Source: a virus
Length of the DNA stretch: 64,000 nucleotides
Direction: 5' to 3' (one strand)
IMG/VR virus record: IMGVR_UViG_3300022921_001386
This document shows, piece after piece, positions 39,444 through 48,513 of this stretch. The notes under the pieces are model-generated. The model worked only from the letters and a program-made list of their open reading frames with translations. It had not been told where the DNA came from and did no database searches. Position 1 is the stretch's first letter. Each line of letters opens with the position of its first letter. Position numbers and translations under genes: made by a program.

Positions 39444-40936
39444 GAATAATAGTTTTAGGTGCCGGAACAGCTGGTGCGATTGCTGCAGGTATCATAAAAA
39501 AACGCAGACCTGATATTGAAGTTTTACAAATTCACAGTGAACAAGTTGGTATTATCGGAGTCGGCGAAAGTGTTACTCCTTATTTAAATCATGCATTCCA
39601 CGAACTTGGTATGGTTGAAAAAGATTGGATGACTGCAACTGGTAGTATGTACAAACTAGGAAACAAGTTTGAAGGATGGACAGACGAAGATCATTACTTT
39701 GCATTTACATACAACAAGCCTATTGATAAACTTATTAATAATAAACCTATAGACTGGAATGATATCAAAAGTATAAACGAAACTGATATTAGACTTACTG
39801 ACGTATGGTGTGATTTGTACAATCAAGGAATGGTAAACAACTTTAGTGCAAGTTTTAATGATTTGCACAATTCATTAGTCGACAATACATTTGATTTTAA
39901 GTTACTTGATCGCACTTGTCTCAACTACAGTTATCATATTAATGCAGAAAAACTTGCACCTTACATAAGAAAAAATATTAATAATAAACTTGGTGTAATA
40001 GAAATAGAAGGTAAAGTTGTCAAAGTTAATACCAACGACAACGGTGTACACAGTGTTGAGATGGAAAACGGAGAAGTATATACGTCCGATTACTGGTTTG
40101 ATTGCAGTGGATTTAATAGATTACTAATCAACGAACTTGACGATAGCTTTCATACATACGACTATTGTAAAGCAAATAGTGCAGTAGTAATGCCAATAGA
40201 ATATACTTCGCAAGACCAACTAACAAATCATACTAGAACTATTTGGTTAGAACAAGGATGGCAGTTTAAAATAGGATTAACCGAACGTATCGGAACTGGT
40301 ATTATTTACAGTGATGAATATTTTAGCGATGAAGAAATAAAACAACTATTGTTAGAAAAAGAAAATCATAAAAACATCCGGCCACCAAAAATACTAAAAT
40401 GGACGCCTGGTAGAATGGTCAATCCTGCTATAGATAATGTGTTTAGTATAGGAATGGCAGCAGGATTCTGCGAGCCAATGGAAGCAAATGCGTTATACAT
40501 TACAATGGCAACTATTAAAAGAGCATTACACAGTATTAACCAAGACGAAAATAGAAATACATTTAACAAAGTTATCAATCATACACTAGACGATACTGCA
40601 TTTTTTATTGCCGCACATTATACACTTTGTGAAAAAGGTAATAACGCATACTGGAATGATATGCGTGAAATAGGTATAAAACAAAATCACAAGCAACTAT
40701 TACTGGAAAAGTACAACGATGTAAAAAATAATATGGAAAGTGCTGTAAATCATTATACAATGTATCCAGATTACATGTGGATGGAACTAGCATCGGCATG
40801 GTGTAAAGACATTAGTACTTGGAGTAAAAATACAGATCCTAGACTACAGCAGCAAGTTTTAGAATATTTTAGAAAATCAAAAAGTATCACAACCAATCAA
40901 TATCCAGAAGAAATGAGGAAGTTTCATAATGTATAG
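39440..40936 (+). CDS. Flavin-dependent tryptophan-halogenase-family protein
   Basis: GAGTAG, IGVGES, YKLGNKFEGW, FDCSGF, GWQFKIGL.ERIGTG, GFCEPMEAN. Confidence 0.85.
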   Translation: MRIIVLGAGTAGAIAAGIIKKRRPDIEVLQIHSEQVGIIGVGESVTPYLNHAFHELGMVEKDWMTATGSMYKLGNKFEGWTDEDHYFAFTYNKPIDKLINNKPIDWNDIKSINETDIRLTDVWCDLYNQGMVNNFSASFNDLHNSLVDNTFDFKLLDRTCLNYSYHINAEKLAPYIRKNINNKLGVIEIEGKVVKVNTNDNGVHSVEMENGEVYTSDYWFDCSGFNRLLINELDDSFHTYDYCKANSAVVMPIEYTSQDQLTNHTRTIWLEQGWQFKIGLTERIGTGIIYSDEYFSDEEIKQLLLEKENHKNIRPPKILKWTPGRMVNPAIDNVFSIGMAAGFCEPMEANALYITMATIKRALHSINQDENRNTFNKVINHTLDDTAFFIAAHYTLCEKGNNAYWNDMREIGIKQNHKQLLLEKYNDVKNNMESAVNHYTMYPDYMWMELASAWCKDISTWSKNTDPRLQQQVLEYFRKSKSITTNQYPEEMRKFHNV

Positions 40937-41516
40937 ATTTGAAATATACAACGGCACACAAGATTTAACACAATGGTATAAGGATGCCGAAGAAAAAGGT
41001 TACTATAATAATAGCAACAAAGAGATGCTTGTTGACTGGGTTGAAAAACATGAAGACGCAACACTGTTTTTGTTGTACTACAATGAACATATTGTAGGCA
41101 ATAGTGTTGTTCATAGTTTAAAAGAGCTGGGAATACTTGGTAAAAATGCATATCGCATTGGCGCAAGAACTTGTTTGATTAGAGACAGAATTGACGGTGG
41201 CAGAGTTTATGCTCCAGCTAATGGCCCAGTAAATCATCATACTGTGCAAATGTTACTTCCTATATGTATCGAACATGTAGGAAGAGACAAGCCTGTGTAT
41301 ATTAGTACACACGAAGGCGGAGTGGGAAGTCAAGACCGTGTACACAAAGTGTGGACATATTTTACAAACAAACTAGGCATCACCGGTGACAGCATTGATT
41401 TAGAATACAAAGGTGCATTCCAAACTTTTAGACGGATTGATGTTGATAGGATGTATGATTTACTAAAAGAAGCAAGATGGCCCGAGGCAGAGCAAGCTAT
41501 TCCACTGTTTAGTTAA
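40929..41516 (+). CDS. GNAT-like acyltransferase
   Basis: HIVGNSVVH strand, RIGART, PVYISTH; paralog of 14498-15013. Confidence 0.55.
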   Translation: MYRFEIYNGTQDLTQWYKDAEEKGYYNNSNKEMLVDWVEKHEDATLFLLYYNEHIVGNSVVHSLKELGILGKNAYRIGARTCLIRDRIDGGRVYAPANGPVNHHTVQMLLPICIEHVGRDKPVYISTHEGGVGSQDRVHKVWTYFTNKLGITGDSIDLEYKGAFQTFRRIDVDRMYDLLKEARWPEAEQAIPLFS

Positions 41517-42886
41517 ACGTATTTCTTACAAAGTTCAAAAAAGTCTGACATCTCTGGAAAAACTTGTTCATGATCTACATTACGTCTACGACCTTGCTCT
41601 TCAAAGAAGTTGTGAAAATCTCTACGTCCTTGAATAACTTTATCTAATGGATATTCAGTAGACTCCATGTAATCAACAACACGTCTAAACTTTTCATACT
41701 CAATAGTACTAAACGCATCTTTGCGATTATCATCTGTATTCTCTTTGATAAACTGCAAATGATCATGCATATAACTCATGTAGTTTTTAGGCAGGATATT
41801 AATATCGTACTGCAACGGTTCTTTCAAATGCGGTGTGTCAAATCCTAATCGTTGCCATCTGTGCGTTTCTACATCATTATATTTTTTGCGCCATTCAAGA
41901 ATCTTTTCAAGCAATGTACGGAATGTAGTGACACTGAAGATGTTAAATGTAATCATAATAACCATCGGTGCTTCGCAGTTGCGCATAAAATAATCCAAGT
42001 TGCGTTCAAACACTTCAATGTCTAATCCATCACGAATATACTCAGCACGTTTTCCCCAAGTATCAATACTTGTAAACATTTTAAAACGTCTAATCTTGTT
42101 GTTTGTCAACAAGTCATTCACACGGTTTGTAAACTTTTCTAACTGTTTTGGTTTGCCGCCTAAGTTGCTGTTGCAGTTTAGTTCTAAATCTGGTTTAGGG
42201 TCTGCATCCAGCATATCAAATAGTTTATATGTGCTCTGCTGTATTGTAGGCTCGCCGCCTGTAATGCGTAAAATATGTAAGTCTTTACTTAACTCTGGCC
42301 ACCACTTCCAAAATGCATCTAAATACGGATTGTTTTGTTCTTCAAATATTTCAAACCAGTCAATATCACATCTGTGATTCTTTACGTTTGTGTAAGGACC
42401 ATGTTGCTTTATCTCTTGGTGATATCTACTGCTGGCTTTTGGATGACAATATCCACATCTAAAGTTACACTCATTACCGAAGCTGACCTCTAAGTATTCA
42501 GGATTAACATCAAACTCTGCGCCACCTTCTTTAACAGCCTTTAAGCGTTCTTTAAAGAAGATAGTTTGGTTGCGTTGTTTTCTATCGCTAACATAATCTT
42601 TGCCCATTGCTTCAATCTTCCAGCAATAGTTACATCCGCTAGGTTGCTCGCCTTTCATCATAGCAGCACGTTCTGCTTTTTTCTGTACTGTATTATGAAT
42701 AGCACTCGGATTAGTTAGAAGTGGCGCTGCATCAATCTTGTGCGGTGCAGGATGATAACAACTGTGTGTTTCGCCTGTTTGAAAATATATATTAGCATGG
42801 TACCATTTAGCAAAACAAAACGTAGGAGAAATCTCTTGCGTTATTTTGTCAATACGTTTGATTTCTTCGCTTTCACTGCGTTCCAT
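41513..42886 (-). CDS. Radical SAM enzyme with N-terminal twitch-like domain
   Basis: FCFAKW...SCYH...CNYC; CNFRCGYC; TGGEPT. Confidence 0.9.
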   Translation of the reverse strand: MERSESEEIKRIDKITQEISPTFCFAKWYHANIYFQTGETHSCYHPAPHKIDAAPLLTNPSAIHNTVQKKAERAAMMKGEQPSGCNYCWKIEAMGKDYVSDRKQRNQTIFFKERLKAVKEGGAEFDVNPEYLEVSFGNECNFRCGYCHPKASSRYHQEIKQHGPYTNVKNHRCDIDWFEIFEEQNNPYLDAFWKWWPELSKDLHILRITGGEPTIQQSTYKLFDMLDADPKPDLELNCNSNLGGKPKQLEKFTNRVNDLLTNNKIRRFKMFTSIDTWGKRAEYIRDGLDIEVFERNLDYFMRNCEAPMVIMITFNIFSVTTFRTLLEKILEWRKKYNDVETHRWQRLGFDTPHLKEPLQYDINILPKNYMSYMHDHLQFIKENTDDNRKDAFSTIEYEKFRRVVDYMESTEYPLDKVIQGRRDFHNFFEEQGRRRNVDHEQVFPEMSDFFELCKKYV

Positions 42887-43815
42887 TATTGTTCTCTATC
42901 TAAAAATTGTTTGCTGTTATCTCTTATTGGATTTTGGTACACTGTTTTGAAGAACTTACTTCCGCCTGCATCAAAGGGAGTCATTGCGATTGGAATATCA
43001 AGAGCGTTGATTAATTTGTCACCGTAATCTTCAGTTGCTTCTAACAAGTTTTCTTCGTCAACAGTAACTTCTAAATTTTTCCACATATTGTTTAGGTATT
43101 CAAAGTCGCGCACATTGATAAAATCCCAGTCTGTGAGCATTGTCATATACAACCCTTGACGAGCGCCATAGATACCCCACATGCCATTTTCTACATCAGC
43201 GCCAACCATAAGCCAGATATACAAACGATGCAAGTTTTTCCAATGATTTTTATGGAAGTCTTCTACACTAACACGCATACCTTGGTCCAGTGCCATTTTA
43301 ACACCTTCTCTAAATCCAGCACGCCATGCTTGATGCGGTGTAGCATTATTCATGATAGTACTATATGTACCATTCATCTGAATATATTGTGTATCCCAAC
43401 AAAAATCTACTTGTGCATGTGGGTTATTATCAGGCGCATTTTCGTGTGTACGCATGTTCAATACATGCTGTTTAGGCCAGCACTTGATCCCACCGTTACC
43501 GTATGTAAGATTATTAATAGTATTACGGGCTGTCCAACTAATCACTTTGTTTGTTAAGTCTGTGTTTTCATCAAAGTCCATTGCCTGTGTTAAAAACTTT
43601 TCATCGATGATGTTGTCGCCGTCAATGGTGATAAATCGATCTGTAGTTGATTTATTAGCTGCTGCCTTATGGGCACTATCACTGCCTTTTACACCATGTA
43701 CACGTTCTGCCCACGGAACTTTCTTGCATAAATCTGCATAGTTTTGTTCTGCATTTGGCTCATCGTAGCTTAGATATATAATGTCACAATCTATAACTCT
43801 AAAAGTATTAGCCAT
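42886..43815 (-). CDS. Glycosyltransferase (GT-A-like), paralog of the C-terminal domain of 35209-36852
   Basis: LSYDEPNA, GVKGSD.AH, IDGD, YGNGGIKCWP, AWRAGFREGVKM. Confidence 0.7.
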   Translation of the reverse strand: MANTFRVIDCDIIYLSYDEPNAEQNYADLCKKVPWAERVHGVKGSDSAHKAAANKSTTDRFITIDGDNIIDEKFLTQAMDFDENTDLTNKVISWTARNTINNLTYGNGGIKCWPKQHVLNMRTHENAPDNNPHAQVDFCWDTQYIQMNGTYSTIMNNATPHQAWRAGFREGVKMALDQGMRVSVEDFHKNHWKNLHRLYIWLMVGADVENGMWGIYGARQGLYMTMLTDWDFINVRDFEYLNNMWKNLEVTVDEENLLEATEDYGDKLINALDIPIAMTPFDAGGSKFFKTVYQNPIRDNSKQFLDREQ

Positions 43816-44350
43816 TTATTTCCTCATAATGATATGTATCGAACCTACGCATAGTATATACGGAAACTTCCTCATTGTCAAACTCAAAATCATTTTCAAA
43901 TGCAACTTCATCTGAATCAACAAATCTTATCAATCTGTATAGTACATTAGGATCATCTTTTTTGGTTATACTAAAATAATAGTTTGAAAGATTTATGTTA
44001 ACGTTTTTGTCTTTGAGATCTAATAAAAAATCAGAGTCTGCAGATATTCTCCAAACATTTTTTGTATTATCTTTTGAAAGGATTATCTGCGGGTTGTCTG
44101 GAATAGTTGCAGAGATTTGATATAAAAAACTCCACATTAGTTTATCTTCATCAACCTGTGTTTGATTTTTAATATGATAAGTTTTATCAATAAAATCATA
44201 TTCAACTTTATAGTCTAATAAACTCCAATGTCCTTCAATAAACTTTTTAACGTCTTCAAAATCGCATTCAATAAACTTGAATCTATCATCAGATTCTTTT
44301 GATATCTTATAGATGTTTCCGTCATCATCAAAACATACAAATCTTTTCAT
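43808..44350 (-). CDS. Hypothetical protein
   Basis: 180-aa ORF coupled within the GT operon. Confidence 0.7.
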   Translation of the reverse strand: MKRFVCFDDDGNIYKISKESDDRFKFIECDFEDVKKFIEGHWSLLDYKVEYDFIDKTYHIKNQTQVDEDKLMWSFLYQISATIPDNPQIILSKDNTKNVWRISADSDFLLDLKDKNVNINLSNYYFSITKKDDPNVLYRLIRFVDSDEVAFENDFEFDNEEVSVYTMRRFDTYHYEEING

Positions 44351-44351
44351 A

Positions 44352-45194
44352 TTATATTCCCAAACACTTTTCGTATTTTTTCATTAGATTAATATTTAAG
44401 AAATCTTTTTCAGTGTAATGAAAAATACCCGACTGTTGATGATTTCCTATTTTTAGCCTCATGTCGCTATCAAAATAAACTCCAACTCTATCTTGCCAAC
44501 GATATGCAAAGTTAACATCCCAGCCTTGTATCTTTGGTTTCATATGTGTAAATGTAGGATTTTTAACTTTGTTATTTGTAATCAAATGTTCTATATCCAT
44601 TGTTTTACAAGCAATTGCTGCACTAACATCCATACTTGGTCGCAATGCAAACTTTTTGCCGGTGCCTGCTGATTTATAAAACTGTTCCCAGTTATTTGTT
44701 ATCATTTCAAGCCAAGTATAAAATTCGTGTGCTAAATCTGATTTCTTAAACCAATGGAACCCGCTGTACAAGTTTGGAAGATTGTGTGTTTTAAATGCCT
44801 TGCGGTAATAGTTATCATCTACTAGTTCTCCGCGATATGTATAAACATTACTAGTATAAAACAGATCGTAGTTTCTTAAAAAATCAAACCAACTGCTAAT
44901 ATCTTCAAGTATTAACATATCTGTGTCTATTACCACAGTTTCATTATAAGGAATAGCATGATATATTTTCCAACGATTACTGATTTTCCAATCTTCGTCT
45001 TTGGCGTGATCTCCCCACGGTATTTCTACAATATGATCAAACAAATGTTTGTATTTTGTAGGCACACTTTCATTGGTAATAAGACAAATACTAACATCTT
45101 TGTTTGTAGCATGAATACTCATTGCTGCTAAACATGCTTGTCTAACATAATCAAAATCACTATTTTGTGCCAACATTGTAAAGTTATTGGTCAA
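44352..45194 (-). CDS. Glycosyltransferase (GT8-like fold)
   Basis: A.SI, FDHIV, PYNETVVIDTD (DxD), late His motifs. Confidence 0.7.
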   Translation of the reverse strand: MTNNFTMLAQNSDFDYVRQACLAAMSIHATNKDVSICLITNESVPTKYKHLFDHIVEIPWGDHAKDEDWKISNRWKIYHAIPYNETVVIDTDMLILEDISSWFDFLRNYDLFYTSNVYTYRGELVDDNYYRKAFKTHNLPNLYSGFHWFKKSDLAHEFYTWLEMITNNWEQFYKSAGTGKKFALRPSMDVSAAIACKTMDIEHLITNNKVKNPTFTHMKPKIQGWDVNFAYRWQDRVGVYFDSDMRLKIGNHQQSGIFHYTEKDFLNINLMKKYEKCLGI

Positions 45195-46023
45195 TAATTC
45201 TCTCCAAACTAAACTTGTTCATCACATGACAGTTACTGCCTTTGAGATTTACACCAGTATATTCTCCAAGTCTTCTATTTTTTTGTACTAATATTTTTAT
45301 TTCATCGTCTTTGATATCAACAGCTACATCTTTATCTGTTGCATAAAACTTGGTACCTGGCAAACTTCCAACAAAGTTTCCTTTTTGATATCCATTCATA
45401 ATATGTACTGCAATACTAAAAGCAAAATCGTTTCTATACACACTTGTTTTAAACTGATACATATTACGATAATGTATATAGTTTTCTTCAATATGTTTGA
45501 TTAAGTTAAAGAATATTTTATTTTCTTCTGTTTTTCTAAAAAAGAAAACAGTAGCCCAATAAAAATCAATACTAGTATCACTTACTTTTTCAAACTCGGG
45601 TACTATTGTATGCATACCAATATGTGTAGCATCTTTGTATAGCAAAAGATCTTTTTGCTGTACAAAGCAATTATTTAATAAATCATTGCTAATAATATAA
45701 TCAGTATCCATTACAATAGTAGAATCATAAGGAGTTAAATCATATGCTGATGCTCTATTTTTATTATTAAACTTTAATGTTTTATCACTAAAGTCACCAT
45801 CGGCATATCGCTTGTTAGTACTATTTCTGTTCATATCATTGGAATGAATGACATAATCAAATACATCAACATCATTTGGATACATAGATTGAATATCTGT
45901 ATCTGTAACAATCGAAGTGGGTAAATCCATATACTTGCTTATACGTTTAGCAAGGAAAATAGCTTGCTTTACATAATCAATCGATTTATTATTACTTGCA
46001 AATAACAGTACACCTTTTGTCAT
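45184..46023 (-). CDS. Glycosyltransferase (GT8-like fold), paralog of adjacent gene
   Basis: FDYVI, TPYDSTIVMDTDY, RNDFAFSIA, HVMNK. Confidence 0.7.
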   Translation of the reverse strand: MTKGVLLFASNNKSIDYVKQAIFLAKRISKYMDLPTSIVTDTDIQSMYPNDVDVFDYVIHSNDMNRNSTNKRYADGDFSDKTLKFNNKNRASAYDLTPYDSTIVMDTDYIISNDLLNNCFVQQKDLLLYKDATHIGMHTIVPEFEKVSDTSIDFYWATVFFFRKTEENKIFFNLIKHIEENYIHYRNMYQFKTSVYRNDFAFSIAVHIMNGYQKGNFVGSLPGTKFYATDKDVAVDIKDDEIKILVQKNRRLGEYTGVNLKGSNCHVMNKFSLERIIDQ

Positions 46024-46367
46024 AGATCCATAATACTTTCAACTGTTCTATTTGTTTTTAGCTTGTTGTATTCTGTTAAGTATTTGTTTGTTGATTGCCA
46101 ATACACATTTACAAGTTCATTAGCAAAATCTTGTAATGCTTCTATTTCAATGGGTATACTACTATCATCAACTAAAATTGTTTCAGTCTGATGTAGTGCT
46201 AATAAACTTTGACAAAAACTTATAAGATCTTTAGTTACCGAAAACTGGCCGCCATTAAAATAATAAACAAGATTCTCGTGGTACTGTTCTTTTAGCAATC
46301 TTTTTTGATTATTTAATGTAATCATATAGTTGCTAAAATCTAATGCTTTTTCTAAGCGTTCGTCCAT
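46020..46367 (-). CDS. Hypothetical protein, possibly tail-fibre-associated
   Basis: 115 aa with AGGAG RBS; position between fibres and GTs. Confidence 0.6.
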   Translation of the reverse strand: MDERLEKALDFSNYMITLNNQKRLLKEQYHENLVYYFNGGQFSVTKDLISFCQSLLALHQTETILVDDSSIPIEIEALQDFANELVNVYWQSTNKYLTEYNKLKTNRTVESIMDL

Positions 46368-46390
46368 AAATATCTCCTACTTGTAATAGT

Positions 46391-46419
46391 AGTATATATC
46401 CATTAGACTAGTTTGTCAA
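46391..46419 (-). promoter_or_regulatory. Sigma70-type promoter for the GT operon
   Basis: TTGACA-17 bp-TATACT in intergenic gap. Confidence 0.7.
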
Positions 46420-46420
46420 G

Positions 46421-47530
46421 TTAAAAATCGGAATCTTTTGTTCCAGTTGGTGTAGGCAATGCAATAGCATTGTACGTAGTGCTATCCCATACAAAATCAC
46501 TGCTTGGAGTATAAGTGTATACTGTGCTGTTGATTGTTGCTGTAACACTTTCGTCTACAAGCTGGCCAGCTGGGCCGCCTGGTTCTGCTTGGCCACCTGT
46601 TCCTGTATCGCCGTCGTCTAGTTCTATTTTAAACTTTAGCTGTGTTGCAGTATTAAATGATGTATTAGTACTTGCATAAATTCTAAAAAAGTTATCGTCA
46701 TAAATCTGTGCTACAGGTACATCGCCAGGATTGCCGCCTGCTCTGCCGCCACCTTGTTTTTCAAAAATCTTTGTAGTTGGGGCGCCAGTTGCAATAGTTG
46801 CATTACTAAATCCAGTTCCTGTACCTGTTACAGAATCACAACGCCAGGTATTTTGATTTACTCTACCAAATCGTATCTGTCCAGCATCGTTTAATACTTG
46901 AGCCCAATCCCAATCTTTTGTGTATTGGGTTGCTGTTGTGCCGCCAGTAGCATTTGCTGCAAAACGTATTTCGCCGCCTGCTGCTAAAAAATACAAAAAG
47001 TTTTGATGAGATCCAAAGTTAACTGTAACTTCGTGTGATATAACTTTAACTGCGTCAGAGGATCCTCCAAAACTTGTAACACGAGAACTAGATGTACTTG
47101 CTCCTCCTGATGTTTCTAAAGGATTTGGACCATCAAAACTACTAGTTGGAAAATCTGTTGCTGTATGATTAAATGCTAAAATAGTATTTGCAGTAGTAGT
47201 TAAGTCAGTAATATGCTGTTCAGCAATTTGATCAACACCTTGTTCAAACTCAGTAGGATCAATGTCCGTTGCTAGTGCGCCAGTTTGATGGACATGTGCA
47301 GCTTGTATATCTAACCACAAATCAAAATATTGTTGTTCGGTTACTGTGTCACTTACACCTGGAGTACTGCCGCCAACAACTATACTACTACTAAAGTTTC
47401 TACCATAACCGCTTGTACTTGTTAACGGTGTTGTCAAAGATCCGTAGTCTGTCCAGACAGATTGATCGCCTACACGACCAGCAATTGATTCTCTAATATT
47501 ATTATAGTTAATAGCTGTTATCTGTGGCAT
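46421..47530 (-). CDS. Virion structural protein (paralog of 47577-48494)
   Basis: Thr/Gly-rich; shares F.AGGEIRF, K..DW.....AGQI.FGR and D.D.GTGG. Confidence 0.65.
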   Translation of the reverse strand: MPQITAINYNNIRESIAGRVGDQSVWTDYGSLTTPLTSTSGYGRNFSSSIVVGGSTPGVSDTVTEQQYFDLWLDIQAAHVHQTGALATDIDPTEFEQGVDQIAEQHITDLTTTANTILAFNHTATDFPTSSFDGPNPLETSGGASTSSSRVTSFGGSSDAVKVISHEVTVNFGSHQNFLYFLAAGGEIRFAANATGGTTATQYTKDWDWAQVLNDAGQIRFGRVNQNTWRCDSVTGTGTGFSNATIATGAPTTKIFEKQGGGRAGGNPGDVPVAQIYDDNFFRIYASTNTSFNTATQLKFKIELDDGDTGTGGQAEPGGPAGQLVDESVTATINSTVYTYTPSSDFVWDSTTYNAIALPTPTGTKDSDF

Positions 47531-47547
47531 CTATATTCCTTTTTTAT

Positions 47548-47576
47548 AATGTAACACACTTTACATTGTATGTCAA
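47548..47576 (-). promoter_or_regulatory. Possible sigma70-type promoter
   Basis: TTGACA-17 bp-TACATT with TGn. Confidence 0.5.
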
Positions 47577-48494
47577 TCATAAATCACTTATTTTTGCATA
47601 AGACGGAGCTGGCGAGTTTACATACGAACCTGATGCTCGTATATGCGAAACCGAACTAGTAAGAACTCCTGCTACATATTCGTCGGCGCCGCCTGTACCT
47701 ATATCTAAATCATTAAACACAATATTAAAAGTAATATCTGTATTGTTTGATTCTTTTTTTGCTTGAATATAATATTCGTTGTCTGAATATCCGCCTGCAA
47801 TACTACCTGTTTTTCTATATATAGTTTGATACGAGGTTGTTAAATCTTCATTGCCAATAGCATAGGAAGTACCAGATGGCTTTGTATTAGTAGTTACTGT
47901 TCGTCCAAACTTTATCTGGCCAGCATTAAATATAATATCATACCAGTCTTGATTTTTTTGTAAGTTGGTATCATTTGGTACATCATCAATATTAATCGAT
48001 GAATCAAATCTAATTTCGCCGCCTGCGTTAAAAAAACATCTACGAGCAGCAATTGAAGGAAATGATATTTTAACAGTATGATTAACTGATTGAGGTTGAG
48101 ATGTTCCTCCCCACGGAGATGTAGCACCATCTCTTACACTATTAACACCGCCTGATTCTATGTCAGCTTGGTTGCTGTTTAAAATAAATCTATCGTTTTC
48201 AAGTTCGACTATTAATATTTCGTATGCATTAAACAACACATCTGCAATCTCTGCAGAGGTAGTAACTGTATTAATAAGAACCGGTGAAGTATTATTAATG
48301 TGTACATACACCTTTTCAAAGTCAGTGAACAAGTTATTCATATCAGAAACTAACACTTCGTTTCCTTCGGCAACTGGATTACTCGATACAGTATTATTGT
48401 ATCCTTTATCACCAGACCCAACTCCTAATACTGCTGAAATTTTTCCTTGTAGTTCGTTGTACCTTGATTGTGAGATAATGTCGCCGACTGCCAT
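47577..48494 (-). CDS. Virion structural protein
   Basis: MAVGD.I....YN, G.GSG..GY, FFNAGGEIRF; GTAAATA motif upstream at 48511-48517. Confidence 0.65.
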   Translation of the reverse strand: MAVGDIISQSRYNELQGKISAVLGVGSGDKGYNNTVSSNPVAEGNEVLVSDMNNLFTDFEKVYVHINNTSPVLINTVTTSAEIADVLFNAYEILIVELENDRFILNSNQADIESGGVNSVRDGATSPWGGTSQPQSVNHTVKISFPSIAARRCFFNAGGEIRFDSSINIDDVPNDTNLQKNQDWYDIIFNAGQIKFGRTVTTNTKPSGTSYAIGNEDLTTSYQTIYRKTGSIAGGYSDNEYYIQAKKESNNTDITFNIVFNDLDIGTGGADEYVAGVLTSSVSHIRASGSYVNSPAPSYAKISDL

Positions 48495-48513
48495 AACTTT
48501 TCCTTTTTAGTAT

